Below, one piece after another: positions 53,298-62,625 of a stretch of 64,000 nucleotides of DNA. Made by a program: the position numbers and the translations under genes. Source of the stretch: an uncultured virus (IMG/VR IMGVR_UViG_2860903427_000006) (lineage: Duplodnaviria; Heunggongvirae; Uroviricota; Caudoviricetes); IMG/VR virus record IMGVR_UViG_2860903427_000006, positions 1 through 64,000 of that record; one strand, given 5' to 3'. The notes beneath the pieces were generated by a model. That model worked only from the letters and a program-made list of their open reading frames with translations. It had not been told where the DNA came from and did not search any database. How positions within the stretch are numbered: the stretch's first letter is position 1; each line of letters opens with the position of its first letter.

Positions 53298-53813
53298 ATG
53301 GCACGCGGAGTGAACAAGGTAATCCTGGTCGGCCATCTGGGCCAGGATCCAGACGCAAGATCTACCCCGGGCGGAAAGGCGGTCACCTCCCTCAGTCTGG
53401 CCACTAGCGAAAGCTGGAAAGACAAGCAGACCGGCCAGCAGCAGGAGCGCACCGAGTGGCACCGGGTCGTGCTCTTTGGCCGGCTGGCCGAAATCGCAGC
53501 GCAATACCTGCGAAAGGGCTCCCAGGTCTACATCGAAGGCAGCCTACGCACCCGCAAGTGGCAGGGCCAGGACGGCCAGGACCACTACAGCACCGAGGTA
53601 GTGGTCGACATCAACGGCAACATGCAACTGCTCGGCGGCAAGCCTGAGCAGGCAGGCCAGGCGCGTGGCCCTGGCCCTGGCCCTGGCCCTGGCCGCGAGC
53701 CGCCACCGCGGCCGACCACTCACCACCAGCCGCAACCGGCGACCGACTACGACAGCTACGACGACGACATCCCCTTCGACAACCCCTACCGCAGGCTCTG
53801 GCGCATCGTCTGA
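53298..53813 (+). CDS. ssb: single-stranded DNA-binding protein
   Basis: [18 protein letters not shown]...TEWHRV...DDDIPF followed by 11 extra aa. Confidence 0.95.
   Translation: MARGVNKVILVGHLGQDPDARSTPGGKAVTSLSLATSESWKDKQTGQQQERTEWHRVVLFGRLAEIAAQYLRKGSQVYIEGSLRTRKWQGQDGQDHYSTEVVVDINGNMQLLGGKPEQAGQARGPGPGPGPGREPPPRPTTHHQPQPATDYDSYDDDIPFDNPYRRLWRIV
53666..53694 (+). repeat. TGGCCC hexamer tandem repeat (4.8 copies) in the SSB linker
   Basis: Encodes GPGPGPGPG. Confidence 0.9.
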
Positions 53814-53839
53814 GCGCCGGGCCGCCCGGAGACAGCACC

Positions 53840-55066
53840 ATGTGGTTCCGCAACCTACTGATCTACCGCCTCACCCAACCCATCGACACAACGGCCAGCG
53901 CTCTGGAAAGTGCCCTGGCGAGCAAACCAGCGCGCCCCTGCGCCTCCCAGGAGTTGACCACCTACGGCTTCGCGCCGCCGGTCGGCAAGGGTGACGCACC
54001 GCTGGTACGCGAGGCGAACGGATTCTGGCTGATCTGCTGCCGCAAGGAGGAGAAGATCCTGCCTGGCAGCGTGGTCAACGAAGCACTGAAGGAGAAGGTC
54101 GAAGAGATCGAGGAAACCCAGCAGCGCAAGGTCTACAAGAAAGAGCGCGACCAGTTGAAGGACGAGATCGTCCAGACCCTCCTACCGCGCGCGTTCACCC
54201 GCCGTAAGCGCACCTACGCCGCCATCATGCCTGCGGAAGGCCTGGTGATCGTGGACACCGCCACAGCGAAGGCCGCCGAGGATATGCTGTCGACCTTGCG
54301 CGAGGCCCTGGGCTCCCTCCCCATCCGACCGATCGCAACCAAGGTTTCGCCGACCGCAACCATGACCGAGTGGCTGCGCAGCCAGGAAACCAATGCGGGT
54401 GGCGACTTCTGGCTGTGCGACGGCGCCCTGCTCCGCGACACCGACGAGCAAGGCAGCATCACCGCCAAGCACCAGGACCTGACCAGCGACGTGATCCGCC
54501 AACATCTGGACTCAGGTAAGAGCGTCACCAAGCTCGCCCTCGCCTGGAAGAAAGACCTCTCCTTCGTACTTGACGAGGGCCTGGTGATCCGCAGCCTCCG
54601 TTTCGACGACCTGCTGCAGGAGCGGGCACTGGACGACGCTGGTAAGGATTCCGACGAGTTCGCACAGGCCGACGCCAGCTTCGTCCTGATGATGCTCACC
54701 TTCCGCGAGTTCATACCACAACTGCTGGAGGCCTTGGGCGGCGAAGAGTCCCCGCAGGGAATCGACGGTGTGCACAATGAGCCCGAACCAGCGCCTGGCG
54801 CCGGCATCGATGTAACCAAGGCGCTGGGGATGCACGACGGTATCACCGCGACCCTCCATATTCCCCGGGCCAACGGGCCCGGTGACGACCCGCTGCTGAA
54901 GGAGGCCATTCGCTTCGTCCGCGAGACGCGCCGCGCTTCGATCTCCGCCATCCAGCGCAAACTCAAGATCGGTTACAACCGCGCGGCCCGTTTGGTCGAG
55001 GAAATGGAATTGCTGAATATCGTCGGGCCGATGAAGGGAGACGGATCTCGCGAGGTTCTGTCGTGA
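53840..55066 (+). CDS. rdgC: RdgC fused to an FtsK-gamma domain
   Basis: [11 protein letters not shown]...EEKILP...LLPRAF; C-terminal DPLL.EA..FV....[25 protein letters not shown]. Confidence 0.92.
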   Translation: MWFRNLLIYRLTQPIDTTASALESALASKPARPCASQELTTYGFAPPVGKGDAPLVREANGFWLICCRKEEKILPGSVVNEALKEKVEEIEETQQRKVYKKERDQLKDEIVQTLLPRAFTRRKRTYAAIMPAEGLVIVDTATAKAAEDMLSTLREALGSLPIRPIATKVSPTATMTEWLRSQETNAGGDFWLCDGALLRDTDEQGSITAKHQDLTSDVIRQHLDSGKSVTKLALAWKKDLSFVLDEGLVIRSLRFDDLLQERALDDAGKDSDEFAQADASFVLMMLTFREFIPQLLEALGGEESPQGIDGVHNEPEPAPGAGIDVTKALGMHDGITATLHIPRANGPGDDPLLKEAIRFVRETRRASISAIQRKLKIGYNRAARLVEEMELLNIVGPMKGDGSREVLS

Positions 55067-55272
55067 AGTCGGCCCCCTCGACGATGCAGAACGAAACGCT
55101 CGGGCACATCCGAGCGTTCTGGGCGGAGAAAGGCTACGCGCCCACCGTCGCTGAGCTGGCAGCCAAGGCCGGAGTCCGCCAGTTCGCCATCCAGCAGCGC
55201 CTGACCGCCCTCGAGAACAAAGGCCACATCCAGCGCGACCCGAAAGTGGCGCGCAGTATCCGCCCGCTCTAA
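55063..55272 (+). CDS. stand-alone LexA-type DNA-binding domain
   Basis: [14 protein letters not shown]...L.ALE.KG.I.R....ARSI; no peptidase domain. Confidence 0.8.
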   Translation: MKSAPSTMQNETLGHIRAFWAEKGYAPTVAELAAKAGVRQFAIQQRLTALENKGHIQRDPKVARSIRPL

Positions 55273-55283
55273 CGCCACCCGCC

Positions 55284-55312
55284 GAGCGCCCCACCCGGGG
55301 CGCTTTCTCTTT
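55284..55312 (+). terminator. intrinsic terminator
   Basis: AGCGCCCC-ACCC-GGGGCGCT-TTCTCTTT. Confidence 0.8.
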
Positions 55313-55384
55313 CAGCAAGCACGCACCGGACGCCGCCCAAGTCAGGCAGGGCGGCGTCCAGTGCCTGTTCACCGAGTACTGACG

Positions 55385-56665
55385 ATGCCTGATCACCTTC
55401 CCTACACCCTGCACCTGGGCGACTGCCTGCTGGTGCTCAAAACATTTCCCGACAACAGCTTCGACAGCGTTGTCACCGACCCTCCCTATGGACTGACGAC
55501 GAACAAGAAAGGCGGAACTGGGGTCGCCTCGGTCAATCTCGACAGCCCCTACGGCCGCTCGCGCATCGGAACCGGAAACGGCGCTGGCGGCTTCATGGGC
55601 ATGAAATGGGATAGCGACGTGCCTCCGGTCGAGGTCTGGACCGAATGCCTTCGCGTGCTGAAGCCAGGCGGTTATTTGCTGGCATTCGCCGGAACCCGCA
55701 CGCAACATCGGATGGCTTTGCGCATCGAGGACGCTGGCTTCGAGATCCGCGACATGATCGCGTGGGTATACGGGTCAGGCTTCCCGAAGTCGAAGAACCT
55801 CGACGGCGACCGGCAAGGCTGGGGAACCGCCCTCAAGCCCGCACTGGAGCCGATCACAGTGGCGCGCAAGCCGCTGGTGGGCACGATCGCGGCGAACGTC
55901 CTGGCGCACGGTACCGGGGCGCTCAACATCGACGGGTGCCGCATCCCGTCCGAACCCATGCCACCGAACACCGGCGCTGGCGGTTTGCCGCGGCGTCGCG
56001 AGGACGAGCAGCGCGGCCCTGGCGCGGTTTCCCAGCCGCACGCCGCCGGCCGCTGGCCCGCGAATCTGATCCACGACGGAAGCGAAGAAGTGGTCGTGCT
56101 GTTCCCGGCCGATGCCGGTGCGGCAGCCCCAGTGCATCGCCGCAACGGCGATAAGTTCCGCAACAGTTACGGCGCATTCCGTGGCGACATCGACGAGGGC
56201 GGCAGCACGTTCCAGGGCGACGCTGGCAGCGCGGCCCGCTTCTTCTACTGCGCCAAGGCCAGCCGGCGCGACCGCAATGAAGGCTGCGAGCACATGGAAC
56301 GTCAGCCGCCGCACTGGTCCAGCGGGAGCCAGAACCCTGGCAGTTTCCAGGCAGATGGCACCGACAAGACCAGCCAGAACAACCACCCCACGGTGAAGCC
56401 GACGGACCTGATGGCCTATCTCGTGCGCCTGGTCACCCCTCCAGGCGGCAAGGTGCTCGACCCATTCACGGGTAGCGGCAGCACCGGCAAGGCAGCGGTA
56501 CGCGAAGGGTTCGAGTTCGTCGGCATCGAGCGCGAGCCGCCCTACTTGGCCATAGCTGAGGCGCGCATCGCACACGAACTTGAGCGCGTCACCGCCGCTG
56601 CAGAGGACGCCGCGAAAGGCTCGGCGCAGCTCGACATCTTCCACGACACCAAGGAGCCCGCATGA
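55385..56665 (+). CDS. DNA N6-adenine/N4-cytosine methyltransferase (beta class)
   Basis: TDPPY precedes HPTVKP...VLDPFTGSGST. Confidence 0.93.
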   Translation: MPDHLPYTLHLGDCLLVLKTFPDNSFDSVVTDPPYGLTTNKKGGTGVASVNLDSPYGRSRIGTGNGAGGFMGMKWDSDVPPVEVWTECLRVLKPGGYLLAFAGTRTQHRMALRIEDAGFEIRDMIAWVYGSGFPKSKNLDGDRQGWGTALKPALEPITVARKPLVGTIAANVLAHGTGALNIDGCRIPSEPMPPNTGAGGLPRRREDEQRGPGAVSQPHAAGRWPANLIHDGSEEVVVLFPADAGAAAPVHRRNGDKFRNSYGAFRGDIDEGGSTFQGDAGSAARFFYCAKASRRDRNEGCEHMERQPPHWSSGSQNPGSFQADGTDKTSQNNHPTVKPTDLMAYLVRLVTPPGGKVLDPFTGSGSTGKAAVREGFEFVGIEREPPYLAIAEARIAHELERVTAAAEDAAKGSAQLDIFHDTKEPA

Positions 56666-58659
56666 CTTCCCTCAAGAAGCCCTCCCCGCTCGACTTCAAA
56701 ACCCAGTACGGCCTGGCCCTGGACGACACCGACGACGCGATCATCGTCGACCTGTTCGCCGGCGGCGGCGGTGCCAGCACCGGTCTGGAAATGGGCCTGG
56801 GCCGCAAGGTCGACCTGGCCATCAACCACAACCCGGCCGCAATCAGCATGCACGAGGCCAACCACCCGCACGCCGAGCATCTGCCGACCGATGTCTGGGG
56901 CATCGACCCCATCGAGGCCACCAAGGGCGCCACCGTGGGCTGGCTGCATGCATCGCCGGACTGCCGGCACCACAGCCAGGCCGCCGGCGGCCAGCCGCGC
57001 AAGAAAGAGATCCGCGACCTGTCCTGGGTTGTTGTGAAGTGGGCCGGCAAGCTCCAGAAGCTCGGCCGCGGCCCTTGGGTCATCAGCCTCGAGAACGTGA
57101 AGCAGATCCTGCAGTGGGGCCCGCTGATCGCCAAACGTGACAAGTCGACCGGCCGCGTCGTGCGCCTCGACGGCACTGTAGCCGGTCCCGGCGAACGGGT
57201 GCCGCGGCACGAGCAGTTCCTGGTGCCCGATCCGAAACGCAAGGGCCGCACCTGGCGTCAGTTCCTGCGCGCCCTGGAAGGCTTCGGCTACCACGTCGAC
57301 TATTGGGTCGAGCGCAACTGCGACTACGGCGACCCGACCACTCGCCAGCGCCTGTACCTGGTGGCCACCGACGGCGGTTTCGAGCCAGTGGCGGCGGAGA
57401 AGACCCATGCCGCGAAGCCCAGCAAGGGGCTGAAGCCGTACCGCACGGCAGCAGAGTGCATCGATTGGAGCGACCTCGGCCAGTCGATCCGCAACCGGAA
57501 GAAGCCGCTGGCGGAGGCCACCATGCGCCGCATCGCGAAGGGTATCGAGAAAGAAGTGCTCCAGCGCGCCAAGCCCTTCATCGTGCCGATCGCGAACTGG
57601 TCGCGCGAGGCCGTGCATCCGGTGGACCAGCCGCTGAACACCATCACTGCCTGGCCGAAGGGCGGCGCTTTCTCCGTTGCCACCCCGACGCTGATCCAAG
57701 TCGGCTACGGCGAGCGCGACGGACAGGCACCGCGCGTCCTTGAACTGGATGAACCGCTCGGCACCGTGGTCGCCGGCGGCATCAAGCACGCTGTCGCTGC
57801 GGCGCATCTGGTGAAGTTCCGCTTCGACGCCGCCGGCGTACCTGTCGACGAGCCGATGCCGACGATCACCAGCGGCGGCGAGTGCAAGCGCCCGGCCGGC
57901 GCAGCGCACGCGCTCGGCTTGGCCAGCGCTGTCCTGGTCGGCGCCGGCGGCCCGAGCTACAGCGGCAAGCCCGCGTCCGTCGACCAGCCCCTGGGCACGG
58001 TTGTCACCGAGAACCACCGCGCCATCGCCACCGCCTTCCTCGCCCAGATGAACGGCGGCTACAACACGACCTTCAGCCGGCCGGCCGACGCGCCGATGAG
58101 CACGGTCACGAACAGCGGCAGCCAGCAGCAGCTGGTCACCGCTCACTTGCTGCACCTGCGCGGCAACTGCGACGCGCGCGCCGCCGACGAGCCCCTGCAC
58201 ACGATCAGCGCGGGCGGCACGCACCACGGACTGATCACCGCTGAAATGGTCGCGGACAGCCTGACGCCGGAGCAATTGGACGGCGCGCTGTGGGTGTCGG
58301 CGTTCCTGATGCGCTACCACTCGACCGGCGGGCAGTGGGCGAAGCTGGACGATCCGCTGACCACGATCACCACCAAGGACCGCTTGGCGCTGGTCACGGT
58401 CTGGATCAGCGGTAGCCCCTACGTGATCGTCGACATCCGGCTGCGGATGCTGAAGCCGCGCGAGTTGTACCGCGCCCAGGGCTTCCCCGATAGCTACATC
58501 ATCGAGCGGGGCCATAACGGGCAGCGGTTCACTCTATCCCAGCAGGTCCACATGTGCGGCAACAGCGTGAGCCCGAACACGATGGCCGCATACGCCCGGG
58601 CGAACGACCCATGGAAGCGGCGGCTACGGCCGACGCCGCAACAGGCGGTGGCGGCGTGA
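56662..58659 (+). CDS. DNA cytosine-C5 methyltransferase
   Basis: DLFAGGGG, SPDC, LENV, T.RQR, RAQGFP, GNSV motifs. Confidence 0.93.
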   Translation: MTSLKKPSPLDFKTQYGLALDDTDDAIIVDLFAGGGGASTGLEMGLGRKVDLAINHNPAAISMHEANHPHAEHLPTDVWGIDPIEATKGATVGWLHASPDCRHHSQAAGGQPRKKEIRDLSWVVVKWAGKLQKLGRGPWVISLENVKQILQWGPLIAKRDKSTGRVVRLDGTVAGPGERVPRHEQFLVPDPKRKGRTWRQFLRALEGFGYHVDYWVERNCDYGDPTTRQRLYLVATDGGFEPVAAEKTHAAKPSKGLKPYRTAAECIDWSDLGQSIRNRKKPLAEATMRRIAKGIEKEVLQRAKPFIVPIANWSREAVHPVDQPLNTITAWPKGGAFSVATPTLIQVGYGERDGQAPRVLELDEPLGTVVAGGIKHAVAAAHLVKFRFDAAGVPVDEPMPTITSGGECKRPAGAAHALGLASAVLVGAGGPSYSGKPASVDQPLGTVVTENHRAIATAFLAQMNGGYNTTFSRPADAPMSTVTNSGSQQQLVTAHLLHLRGNCDARAADEPLHTISAGGTHHGLITAEMVADSLTPEQLDGALWVSAFLMRYHSTGGQWAKLDDPLTTITTKDRLALVTVWISGSPYVIVDIRLRMLKPRELYRAQGFPDSYIIERGHNGQRFTLSQQVHMCGNSVSPNTMAAYARANDPWKRRLRPTPQQAVAA

Positions 58660-58848
58660 GCAAGCTGGACATCTGCCCCCTCACCCTGGCCGAAGTCCTA
58701 CATCGACCAGCATGCCAGGCCTGTTGCGGTGGCGGCCTCCCTCAACCACAAGCAGGCCCTCCGGCTGTTCGGCCTGAAGCTACCCAAGCCGGAGCGCCAG
58801 GCCAGCGCCCAGCACCGGCTGGCACTGGCGAAGGAAGGTGAAGCATGA
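58656..58848 (+). pseudogene. deletion scar joining the 5' end of one gene to the out-of-frame 3' end of another
   Basis: GTG-started VSKLDICPLTLAE loses coding quality; a start-less well-coded frame (KSYIDQH...KEGEA) ends in an ATGA overlap with 58845. Confidence 0.6.
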
Positions 58849-59210
58849 AAGCGCGCATCGAGAAGAAATTGAGCAAGCGGCTGGTCGAGCTTTACCCAGC
58901 GCTCTACTGCAGCGCCTGGCGCGACGAAGAACCGTCTGAACTCGCATATGAGCAAGGCTCCCGAGTCCGGCATGTTCTTTCCGTCGGCGGCGGTGTCGAC
59001 TATTGGGGCGAAGGACAGGACGTCTACACCGTCTGGCAAGACTGGCTGATGAGTTGGGAATGGCACGGACCGTTCGAGACGTACCCGGAGGGCCATCGTC
59101 ACGAGTACCTCCCGGATACGGAAGGCTTCAAGCCGACTACTCGTAACCTGCTCCAACTGGCTAGCCGGTGCCAGTTGCTGGAAGCAGCATCAACGAGGGC
59201 GGTCCCATGA
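58845..59210 (+). CDS. hypothetical protein
   Basis: 121 aa, coupled ORF. Confidence 0.7.
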   Translation: MKARIEKKLSKRLVELYPALYCSAWRDEEPSELAYEQGSRVRHVLSVGGGVDYWGEGQDVYTVWQDWLMSWEWHGPFETYPEGHRHEYLPDTEGFKPTTRNLLQLASRCQLLEAASTRAVP

Positions 59211-59713
59211 ACCAGCCTCCCGCCGACTACCAAATCAGCGCCGCCGACGCGCACGAACTGGCCGGCGCCGTGCTTCTGCCGGCGGACCTGCGCCGCCAGG
59301 TGCTGGAGAAGATGGCCGCCCAGCGCGACCCGGCCACCATGCTCGATTTGTTCGCCCAGGTGCTGGGCATGGCCAACGCCGTCGCCGAGAACTGCCGAGC
59401 GATGGTCGAGTTGATCCTCATCGAGCACGGCGAACATCCGCACACCGCGGAGCAGGCGAACCTCTCGACGATGTTCGGAGCGCTGCAGGGCGTTGTCCTG
59501 GCCGCAACGGTGAACCCTCGCGGCACGTGCGCCGGCTGCGCCTATCGACTCGGCACCCCGGCGAACACCTCGCCGGTCACCACCTCCGATGCCATCTACT
59601 GCCGGCAGGAACTCAGCCGGTTCTACTGCCACGCCGACCTGGACGACCAGGGCAACCCAGTCCGCACCTGCGTTGGCCACGCCAAAGCCATGAAGCAAGA
59701 CGCCACGAAATGA
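59207..59713 (+). CDS. hypothetical protein with C..C and F.CH motifs
   Basis: 168 aa; CAGCAYR.GT.AN...FYCH...C.GH. Confidence 0.7.
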   Translation: MNQPPADYQISAADAHELAGAVLLPADLRRQVLEKMAAQRDPATMLDLFAQVLGMANAVAENCRAMVELILIEHGEHPHTAEQANLSTMFGALQGVVLAATVNPRGTCAGCAYRLGTPANTSPVTTSDAIYCRQELSRFYCHADLDDQGNPVRTCVGHAKAMKQDATK

Positions 59714-59835
59714 ACCGCCCCACCATCTGCCGCACCACGGGCCAACGGATAGGCCTGTGCAAATGCTTCCGCTGCCGGCCGCCGGCGCCGGAGCAACCGG
59801 AGACACCACAATGTCCTCTACCCAACACCAACTGA
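59710..59835 (+). CDS. small Cys-rich peptide (41 aa)
   Basis: MNRPTICRTTGQRIGLCKCFRCRPP; ATGA-coupled. Confidence 0.5.
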   Translation: MNRPTICRTTGQRIGLCKCFRCRPPAPEQPETPQCPLPNTN

Positions 59836-60950
59836 TCGAGCAGTGCGCCACCCGCCTACGCGGCATCGTCGAAGCCCTGGACAACATCCACGACAGCACC
59901 CAGCACCGCTCCCCGCACCGCTGGTCGACGGACCTCGACGAGGTTCATTCCTCAGCCGAGAGCCTGCTGGCCATGATCAAGGACCAGGCGCCGCCGTCCG
60001 AAGACCAGTTGATCGCCGCAGGCCTCAGCTACCCGCTCGCCAAGGAAGATGCCGTGCAGCTCTGGTACGCCGGCTTCAGGTCCGAAGTGGTCACTGTGCT
60101 CGAGGCCTGGGAGGCAATCGGCCACGATATCGGCATGAACCCGAGCAAGGGCGAACTGCTGGATTCCCTGCGCAACATGGCGGCGATTTGCAATGCGCAC
60201 GGCAATGACATGCCAGCCCAGTCGGCAATCGACCAGCGCCAGGTCATCGCAGACGCCATCACCGGCGCGCTAGCGTTCGGCGCCCAGGCCAGCCAGCCGC
60301 CGGCGGAGGATCACTGGCTTCGTCCGTTCTACGACATCGGCCGCGCCGAGGGACAGCGCACCCAGGAACTGGCAATGCTGGTTCGCATGCTGGCCAGTTC
60401 GCTGAAGCGGCATGCCCCGGAAAGCAACCTGGTGGCACGCGCCACCAACTACCTGGCAGCCAAGGGCTTGGCAGGCACACCGCTTCGTGACGCGCCTGCA
60501 TCGGTAGAGCAGGCAGGCGGGGATGAGCGGGCGGCACTTCAGGAGTTAATCCGAGTGCGTGACTGGGTAAAAAATCGCAGGGGACAGCCGGAGAAGCTGA
60601 AGAACACTGGGCAGACCTACATCATGATCGAAAAGTGCGAAACGCTCGACATGCTGGAGTGGGCGATTGAGCGTGCCCGCGCCGCCCTGGCGCACGCGCC
60701 GACCAGTTTGGCATCCCCGTCGTGCAAATGGACCGAAAGCAGCGGCATCTGGGAAACAAGTTGCGGCCAGACCTGGAGCTTCATCGAGGACGGACCAGCA
60801 GAGAACGGAGCGCTGTTCTGTCACCACTGCGGCGGACGCCTGGTCCTCATCAAGAGCGACGACCAGGAAGACGACGGTGAGCCGTGCCCGGAATGCATGG
60901 AACACGGCTGCAACGGCGAATGCGCTGGCCACGGCGCGATGGGAGACTGA
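59811..60950 (+). CDS. multi-module hypothetical protein with C-terminal Zn ribbons
   Basis: 379 aa; C.W.....WETSCG...FCHHCG; CPEC. Confidence 0.7.
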   Translation: MSSTQHQLIEQCATRLRGIVEALDNIHDSTQHRSPHRWSTDLDEVHSSAESLLAMIKDQAPPSEDQLIAAGLSYPLAKEDAVQLWYAGFRSEVVTVLEAWEAIGHDIGMNPSKGELLDSLRNMAAICNAHGNDMPAQSAIDQRQVIADAITGALAFGAQASQPPAEDHWLRPFYDIGRAEGQRTQELAMLVRMLASSLKRHAPESNLVARATNYLAAKGLAGTPLRDAPASVEQAGGDERAALQELIRVRDWVKNRRGQPEKLKNTGQTYIMIEKCETLDMLEWAIERARAALAHAPTSLASPSCKWTESSGIWETSCGQTWSFIEDGPAENGALFCHHCGGRLVLIKSDDQEDDGEPCPECMEHGCNGECAGHGAMGD

Positions 60951-60951
60951 A

Positions 60952-61335
60952 ATGAAGCAATCCCAATTCAGGGCCGAGCTGGTCAAGATCATGCCCGGCT
61001 ACAACTGGACAGTTCATGCGAGCCGCAGCAGCGAAAAGCTGTTGGTCGCCACCGGCATCCAGTCCAGCGGCTCCAACCGGCTCTCGACGCTACGCGTGCA
61101 GCGTCGGGACGACTACGCCGGTTCCGGCAAGCCCCACTACGAAGTGAGCAGCGCGGGATACGGAACCCGATCCCCCTGGCTGCACACCGCCCAGGACAGA
61201 ACCCTGGCACGAGCCCTTCGCTCGCTTCAGGAGCACTACGAGAGCAATGCGCGCAGGTACAGCAGCCACGCGAGTGACCTACAGCGTGGCCGGAAAGCTA
61301 CCCCGCCGACGCCCGGAGTTTCTACAGATGAATGA
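60952..61335 (+). CDS. hypothetical protein
   Basis: 127 aa from ATG 60952, GGGAG RBS. Confidence 0.7.
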   Translation: MKQSQFRAELVKIMPGYNWTVHASRSSEKLLVATGIQSSGSNRLSTLRVQRRDDYAGSGKPHYEVSSAGYGTRSPWLHTAQDRTLARALRSLQEHYESNARRYSSHASDLQRGRKATPPTPGVSTDE

Positions 61336-61906
61336 CTACAAATCAGCCTTCAACGCCGCGGCCGCCGACCTCGGTGCGATCATCGCGCTGCTGGGGTTCA
61401 CCAAGTACCCCGGCGTCGATCCGGTGCTGCGCGCAATTACTGACCTGATGCTCGAAAAAGCCGAGAACCAGGTGCTCAGGGAGGAGCGCAACGCCGCCCT
61501 GGCCAATGTCGATGCCCTCGCAGTGCAGGTGTTGAAGCTCGGCGGGACTATCAGCCTCGCCCACCACCGGACCGACCAGGCTGGGCAGGTGCCGCAGGCA
61601 TGGCTCGACGTGCAGGCAGAGCGCCGCCGCCAGATCACCGCCGAGGGATGGACGCCGGAGCACGACGACGAGCACAGTCACGGCCAGATGGCCCGCGCCT
61701 CCGCCTGCTACGCCCTGGCCGGCTCCAGCGCTCCGAATGATGGAACCGCAGCCCTGTTGGTGTCGCTTGCCTGGCCGTGGGACCAGCAGTGGTGGAAGCC
61801 GACCAGCGCGCGCCGCGATCTGGTAAAGGCCTGCGCCCTGGCGCTGGCCGAGATCGAGCGTCTCGACCGGGCAGCGGCGAATCAGGGAGGGCCGCGCGAT
61901 GCGTAG
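61328..61906 (+). CDS. conserved phage hypothetical protein
   Basis: DVQAERRRQI..EGWTPEHDD...WPW...WWKP...RDLVKA.AL..AEIERLDR. Confidence 0.75.
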   Translation: MNDYKSAFNAAAADLGAIIALLGFTKYPGVDPVLRAITDLMLEKAENQVLREERNAALANVDALAVQVLKLGGTISLAHHRTDQAGQVPQAWLDVQAERRRQITAEGWTPEHDDEHSHGQMARASACYALAGSSAPNDGTAALLVSLAWPWDQQWWKPTSARRDLVKACALALAEIERLDRAAANQGGPRDA

Positions 61907-62021
61907 AGCACTGACCGCCCTCGGCATCATCGCCGCCCTCGGCCTGGCCATGGTAGGGCTGGTAGAGATATTCCCGATCGTTCGCACGCTGGCGGCCTGG
62001 CAGGCGGGGTGCTTCGGATGA
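61899..62021 (+). CDS. small membrane peptide (40 aa)
   Basis: MRRALTALGIIAALGLAMVGLVEIFP...; GGAGGG RBS. Confidence 0.55.
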   Translation: MRRALTALGIIAALGLAMVGLVEIFPIVRTLAAWQAGCFG

Positions 62022-62338
62022 GGCAGAAACCAGGCATCGCACTTCCCCGCTGGCTCCTTCGCACAACCACGATGCAGATGCACAGCGTCGACGTGGTACT
62101 GGTCATGGCCCTGGTGCTCCAGCACCACGGTACGGCCGACGCTGTTCGCCGCGCCGCCGGTCAGCTTCGCGACAGAGTATGTGCCGAGCACCGGCCCAAG
62201 ATGACCGCGCTCATGCGCATGCAAGACGACGTGGCGGCGCTGCAGGTGGCGCTCAACATCGTCCAGCGCGCCACCGACGCCCTCGGCATCCTGCCGGGAA
62301 CGCCATTTCCGGCCGGCCCGGTACTAACTAACCGTTAA
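62018..62338 (+). CDS. hypothetical protein
   Basis: 106 aa, ATGA-coupled. Confidence 0.65.
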   Translation: MRQKPGIALPRWLLRTTTMQMHSVDVVLVMALVLQHHGTADAVRRAAGQLRDRVCAEHRPKMTALMRMQDDVAALQVALNIVQRATDALGILPGTPFPAGPVLTNR

Positions 62339-62391
62339 CTCAACACCCAACTTTCACCCGGTCCGTATCAACAGACCCGGGAGGTACTTCA

Positions 62392-62625
62392 ATGCGCAAC
62401 ACCCAGCAGCACCAAGACATCCCCCGCTTCATCGACTTGAATATGGTCAAGATGAGAACGGGAATGGGCACCACGTTCATCTACGACCATATGAAGAAAG
62501 GGGACTTCCCCAAGGGGCGCAAGTTTGGCCGCGCCACTCGCTGGGCAGAGGTTGAAATCGACCAGTACTGCAACGGAACCTGGACGCCACCGGCGCCGGC
62601 AAACGAAGCGGGAGCCCCGGAGTGA
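62392..62625 (+). CDS. AlpA-family excisionase (RDF)
   Basis: FIDL..V...TG...TFIY..MK.G.FPK..K.G.ATRW...EI; adjacent to int. Confidence 0.85.
   Translation: MRNTQQHQDIPRFIDLNMVKMRTGMGTTFIYDHMKKGDFPKGRKFGRATRWAEVEIDQYCNGTWTPPAPANEAGAPE

Noticed and set aside
56542..58515. 657-aa antisense ORF, and similar long shadow ORFs (35137-37248, 19295-20611, 27762-29054)
   Set aside because: They mirror well-supported genes on the other strand, which is expected in high-GC3 DNA; no motifs or RBS
55385..58659. Complete restriction-modification system
   Set aside because: No adjacent endonuclease recognised; early-operon context fits orphan MTases
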